Made by a program: the position numbers and the translations under genes | Notes under the pieces: model-generated | What the model saw: only the letters and a program-made list of their open reading frames with translations | Told to the model about the DNA's origin: nothing | The model's database searches: none | NCBI GenBank assembly: GCA_033442325.1 | Contig: JAWQFM010000001.1 | Coordinates: forward strand, 1,246,745 to 1,310,744 | Length of the DNA: 64,000 nt | Origin: Salpingoeca rosetta | Taxonomy: Eukaryota > Protista > Choanoflagellata | Direction of reading: 5' to 3' | Part shown: positions 57,928 through 64,000 of the stretch, one piece after another | Numbering within the stretch: the stretch's first letter is position 1 | Layout of the letters: each line of letters opens with the position of its first letter

Positions 57928-59184
57928 TAATCCGTGCGGGCTGCTGCTGGCCAAACAGAGTCAAATCAAGCCAGGAGTAAGACGCACCTGTACAGGAGCG
58001 TCTTGCTGAGGGGCAAGCGGAGAAAGGTGGGGAACTCAGCGTGGGCTGGCGGGAGAATCTCAAATCGCTCCATCGTCTCCGTGGTTGGCACGCCCGTGAG
58101 ATCAGACATAATCTGGGCGTACACCTGTGCGAAGTGCACCCGGCAACCAGCGTCAGTGAGCGGTATGCGCATTGCGCGGGGAAACAAGGTGATCGACACA
58201 GGCAGACAGACCCAGAAGAACCATGCTGAAGAAACACACACACATGCACACACGCACACCTGTCGAAATTCTTGTGGCCAATTCATGGAAGCGATGAGGA
58301 TGACGCGTGTGTTGGGTTGCAGTGCATCCAGCACACGCATGTTGTATCGGTGTTGGATGAACAAGAAGGACTGCCACCTGCCAAGAGAGAGAGGGGGGGG
58401 GGGTAGGTGAGGGGAAGATAATGTGATTCGACATTGCAAGAAGTACATCACAACCAATACCAGGCAACACACAGCATGGAACCTGTGCACGCGCGCAATC
58501 TCCGAAATGTGCACTCATCACATGCATCTTACGTACATGTGCCTGCACCGTTGGGAGAGGGCGACAGACGGCATGTGGAGGAGAAGCGTGTGCTTGAAGA
58601 CAGGCGCGAGTGCGGTGGAGCCGTCAGAGACAGACGCTCGCGGTGATGATGACGAGGACGGTGTGGGTGCTGGTGGCGGCAGCATATCTGGTGGTGGCAT
58701 GGAGGACATGGTCGATGACGACGCGAGCGATGACAGTGACATTGATGCCAGGGACGCGGACAGCGGCGCTGATGTGGCAGTTGAACCCAACAAGATATCA
58801 CGCCACGCCAGTGAGGATACGCGATGCAGGTCTGTGTTGTGCTGCTTGATGGCAATAGCTTGCCGCTTTCGTGCGCGACGAGCAAGCAATGCGCGTTGCA
58901 CCTGTGTGTGTGTGTGAGAGAGAGAGAGAGAGTGTGTGTGTGTGTGTGTGCGCGTGTGTGCATGTGTGTGTATGTGTGTAGATTAGAAAAACGAATGTAT
59001 CGGAAAGCGTAGTGAACATGTTACATCATATCTCATACCACAGCTCATCGCACACGAAAATCAAATCAAGTACAGAATTCCTTGCTCACCCGTGTCGCCC
59101 AGAGAGCAGAGATGGCGCTGACGGCGAGCGCCTGCGACTCGTCCACTGCATGACGTTTGCTTTGCAGCACGCGCCTATCGAGCC

Positions 59185-59226
<42 letters not shown>

Positions 59227-59514
59227 CAGGCACACACACACACACACACACACACACAGGCATAGGTACAGTGAAGAGGTGAGGCGGCTGAAGGGGGAAG
59301 GAGCACGTGCACGGTGCTGGCTGGGCTGACAAGGAGGTTCCACAAAGTACATGCGGGTGTGTTTACAACCGAACAACGATGCATAGTGCGCAATAATGTT
59401 CCGTGTCCAAGCGCAGCGGGCTCGCCACCACCACCACCATCATCATCATCATGGTTGGCATCACCTCCATCCGCGCTGAAGTACAGTGGCGGCAGCATGA
59501 GCACCGTGCCGCCC

Positions 59515-59581
<67 letters not shown>

Positions 59582-61722
59582 CACAGACACACAGACACAG
59601 AGGCATGTGAGCGAGCAGGACTGGGGTGTGCTGTGCACGGAGTGGCGAGGCACACAAGAATGCGAGTCTCAAATCAGACCATTTCTCTCCCGCACCTTGA
59701 ATCGCTGTCCTGGCTTTGCAATCAACGCTGCAAGCTGCTCCCGGTCGTGTGCACAGATGATGGTGAATCTTGGGGTGATGGTTGCGTAGCCCTGCCAGCA
59801 CACACGCATACATACACAAACATACACATACAGCCACAACCACCGGCGCAAAGCGGAGTCGAAGTGAGCGAGGGTGGTAGGAACAGCGACCTGAGCAGCA
59901 GTGGTCCAAGACAGCGCTTCATCATCACCACCACCATCACCTTGGCAGCGGTGATCATGCGGTCCCCATCCAGCTCGATGCGGCGCACAGCGTAATCCTG
60001 CAGTAGCTCATGCGCAGCCCTGACACACACACACACACCACACACATGCATACAACACACACACACATACACACACGCACATACACACACACATACACGT
60101 ACACATACACGCACATATCAGCGGTGACCAGTCGAGGAGGCGGCAACGCAAGATGACACATACATGCACACACGAAAACACACACACAACACGCACATGT
60201 GTGTGTACACGCTCACATTCCCTACCTGATGATGGTGTCCACACGCATGCGGATGCCTGGCGGCAAAGGCCGCGCCCATGCCATGTATTCGCCAAAGTTC
60301 TCAATGCCACGCTGTGATCATTGTTGGAGTGAGTGGCAGAAGTGAGAAAGCGAACGAACAAACACACAGACGTACATACATACACAGACACAGACACACG
60401 GACACAGACACACAGATACACACACACAACCAAGAAGCACAGACACACACAAAACTCTATCGAGCTGCTGAGATGGCACGTACGCGACGGAGGCGGATGA
60501 GTACGGGTTGTTGGTTGAACGCAGCGTCTGCATCGTCAGCTGATGTGAATGTGATGGCCGGCAAGCCCTCTTCGTCACCAAACACCCCAGATGGTCTCGT
60601 TCTGCGCGTGGATATGCTGTAGCGGGAGAAGGGTTTTGATGCGGTGCTGCGGCGACGGAGGCTCCCCTGCTGGCGAAGAGATGAGGTGCGAGCGGTCCCT
60701 CGCGTCTGCGGTGGTGTGCTGGTCGAATCTGGTGGACCGGACATGACGGACATGTGGCTGGGCCTGGACTGGGCCGACCACGGTGGAGTGGTGTCGAAGC
60801 CAGCAGACATGGCAGCGTCCGAGTAGAAATAAGAGGTTTGCTCGTCGTCTCTGAAACCATCATGGTACACCCACCGGCCAGCCTCCTGTGCACGCTCGTA
60901 CTGATCAATAGCAGCAAGGTCGTAGGTGGACATGAGCAAGGTCTTTGTGGCAGGGTTGGTGGGGTGGGCGAGCAGGTGCTGCCTGCGGGCCAGCTTTGTC
61001 TGCTCCCCGGGTGACAAGCTGCCTGGGTACTGGGCCCCGCGCCTGGCGGGCGCTGATGCTGATGTGGGGTGGTGACGGTGCAGCAGCCGGTGCACGGGGC
61101 TGCCAACGCTGCTGTGAATCACGCCGGGCGGGCTACTCGTGCTTCTGCTACGGAGCCGCAACCGGGGACCAAGGCGGGATGCAAGCGAAGCCGGGGATGA
61201 CGGGGGTGATGGTGTCATGGACACGTGGCGGCTTGGCTGTGGCCTTGCGAGCGAGGCCCGCGCAGGGGAGGTCACCTGGCGCTGGTCTTGTTCTGGAGCA
61301 GGCGATGTGCCTGAGGGGGACGTTGAAGGTGGCGCAGGGAGCAGCGGCGTCGGTGCGACCATCAGGTCCACTGCCGCCGGTGTTCCATTCGGCTCATCGC
61401 CATCAACCAGGCCAAACACGCTTCTGCCAAGCGGTCTCCCACTCCCCGTTCGGCTGTAGCTGCTGCTGCCACTGCTACTACTCCTTTTGCTGGTGGGAAC
61501 ACCATCGCTGATGCCACCGGCTCGGCTGATGCGGTCGAAGACGTGCGTGGGCGGTCTCTTGGGCGACGCCACGGAGCCCATCGGGGACGACGACAGCGAC
61601 GTTGGCCGCCGCCGCCGTGGTCGTGGTCGTGGCTGACTCGCGAGGCGAGGGGAAAGCGGGCGGTGCCGATGAGGCTGCGCACTCCCAGGGATCACGCCCT
61701 GCCAGCCTTCATGCTGTTCCAT
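55084..61722 (-). CDS. IQCH: IQCH-like protein (degenerate IQ motif + ATP-grasp-like C-terminal region) with disordered N-terminus; multi-exon
   Basis: Spliced segments LIAKPGQRFK, TLLLHMPSVALSQ, RVLDALQPNTRVILI, ERFEILPP..LSKTLLY, DLVITQQLG..SDP..SK, LIVENEGYVRWTFMVDDSF, WPEFLAFFVESGGVI and DLKSAV..IEREV parallel animal IQCH in order. The stop (TGA) is at 55084-55086. Confidence 0.75.
57241..57543. repeat. Perfect 24-bp minisatellite (GCACATACGCACACAGACATATGT) x12 plus a partial copy, intronic in the IQCH-like gene
   Basis: Twelve identical head-to-tail copies counted from 57241 to 57528, plus 15 bp. No spacers. Confidence 0.95.
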
Positions 61723-62036
61723 GCCAAACAACGACGTCCATGCGCCTGCTGTCCTCTGCTTGCTGCTGTTGTGGTCGTGGTGCTTCTTGTTGTTTGTCGC
61801 TGGCTCCTGTTGTTGTTTCGTGGTTGCTTTCGCTTTGCTTTGCTTTTTCCTTTGCTTTGCTTTGTGTCCGTTCGTCGTTCCTATGGCGAATTCGAGGGAT
61901 TCCATGCACATTTAAGCACTCGAGCGAACGGATACAACAGCGGATACAAAACAACAACAGCAGCGAACAACGAACGAACAGACAACAAACAGCACAGGCA
62001 GCGACAGCACAAGCAGCGCGAGCGCAGCGGACAGCG
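61723..62036. promoter_or_regulatory. Probable bidirectional promoter (IQCH-like / SAP30BP)
   Basis: Divergent ATGs about 314 bp apart. T/G-rich left half and A/C-rich right half, so each transcript leader is A/C-rich. Confidence 0.5.
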
Positions 62037-63046
<1,010 letters not shown>

Positions 63047-63154
63047 GTGAGGGGCTTTCACAACTATCCCACGCCTATGGGGGCCATAGACAGGCAATGC
63101 CAACAAAGTAGACTTGCCCGCAGCCGAGACATGCCCCCGCTCATGTCTACAACA

Positions 63155-63257
<103 letters not shown>

Positions 63258-63381
63258 CACAAACACACACAGCACACCATGGCAGCATGCGCCGGTGCAC
63301 GTGTGTTGGTTTTGAGTAATGGCGAAACAAAGCGAGCAAAGGAAAAGGGGACAAGGCACATCGGTGGTGGTGGTGTCGGTG

Positions 63382-63675
63382 TTAGGTGACGTTGCAGCAG
63401 CTGTTTGTCTTGCGAGCCTGTTTGTAGAACATCTTGGCCTGCACGCATGGATGAAGAAAGGGTGAAGGGGGGGGGGGGCATGGGATGATGGGCAGATGTG
63501 TTGGCGCTAGCAACGGAGACGCAACATCAACAGTGCACCCGAAGCGGCGTTCCGCAGACACACACAACAGACAGTTGGTCAGACGCAGACGCAGACACAG
63601 AAGACACACAGACAGACACACAAACACAGACAGACAAACACACACACACACACAGACACACAGACACACAGACAC

Positions 63676-63747
<72 letters not shown>

Positions 63748-63841
63748 TGGCGCGACGCACCGAAGCGGAGAGCTGGTCGGATTTGGCGACGAGGTCGTCC
63801 AACTTCTCGTCACGCTTCAGCACAGACTCCATCACCTTGTG
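63382..63841 (-). CDS. YKT6: Prenylated R-SNARE YKT6, last two exons (63841-63761, 63438-63382); the rest lies beyond the window
   Basis: [27 protein letters not shown]|[18 protein letters not shown], with the CCAAX terminus characteristic of Ykt6. Confidence 0.95.
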
Positions 63842-64000
63842 CTGTCGTTGTGTGCATGGTGGTGCGTCACACAGTCACATACAGTTGTGTGCGTGCGCAT
63901 GAGGACGTGCACAGGTTGGTGACAGCCCAGGTTGGTGACAGTGCAGGAGCATTCAAAGGCGTCATAGACGCGACGGCACAGACACTGCGAGCAGACACAA

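Overview
Gene-dense, intron-rich eukaryotic DNA with GT-AG introns full of (CA)n/(GT)n microsatellites, GC-rich exons and poly-Q/N/D tracts. The style is typical of a choanoflagellate, most likely Salpingoeca rosetta or a relative (inference). I reconstruct 12 genes by hand, in order: an ARM-repeat protein (5' truncated), an ATF4-like bZIP factor, a Golgi-type heparan-sulfate-sulfotransferase-like gene (-), MOB3, an intronless PH-TIPE(TNFAIP8) fusion (-), a giant ~6,200-aa BIRC6/BRUCE-like ubiquitin-conjugating enzyme, fimbrin/plastin, a secreted GH3 beta-glucosidase with an inserted PAN/apple module, the PP2A scaffold A subunit, an IQCH-like protein (-), SAP30BP/HCNGP and the 3' end of YKT6 (-). 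The most striking item is the BIRC6-like gene. It keeps the BIRC6 N-terminus and UBC domain but has a degenerate BIR, and it carries modules I do not associate with animal BIRC6: three SH3b-like repeats, ubiquitin-like domains, a C1/ZZ-like zinc finger, a CPH domain, a Mind-bomb SH3 repeat and SPRY. It sits head-to-head with the PH-TIPE fusion. No rRNA, tRNA, CRISPR array or transposon was recognised. All domain calls come from by-eye motif comparison with remembered family sequences, not from database searches.
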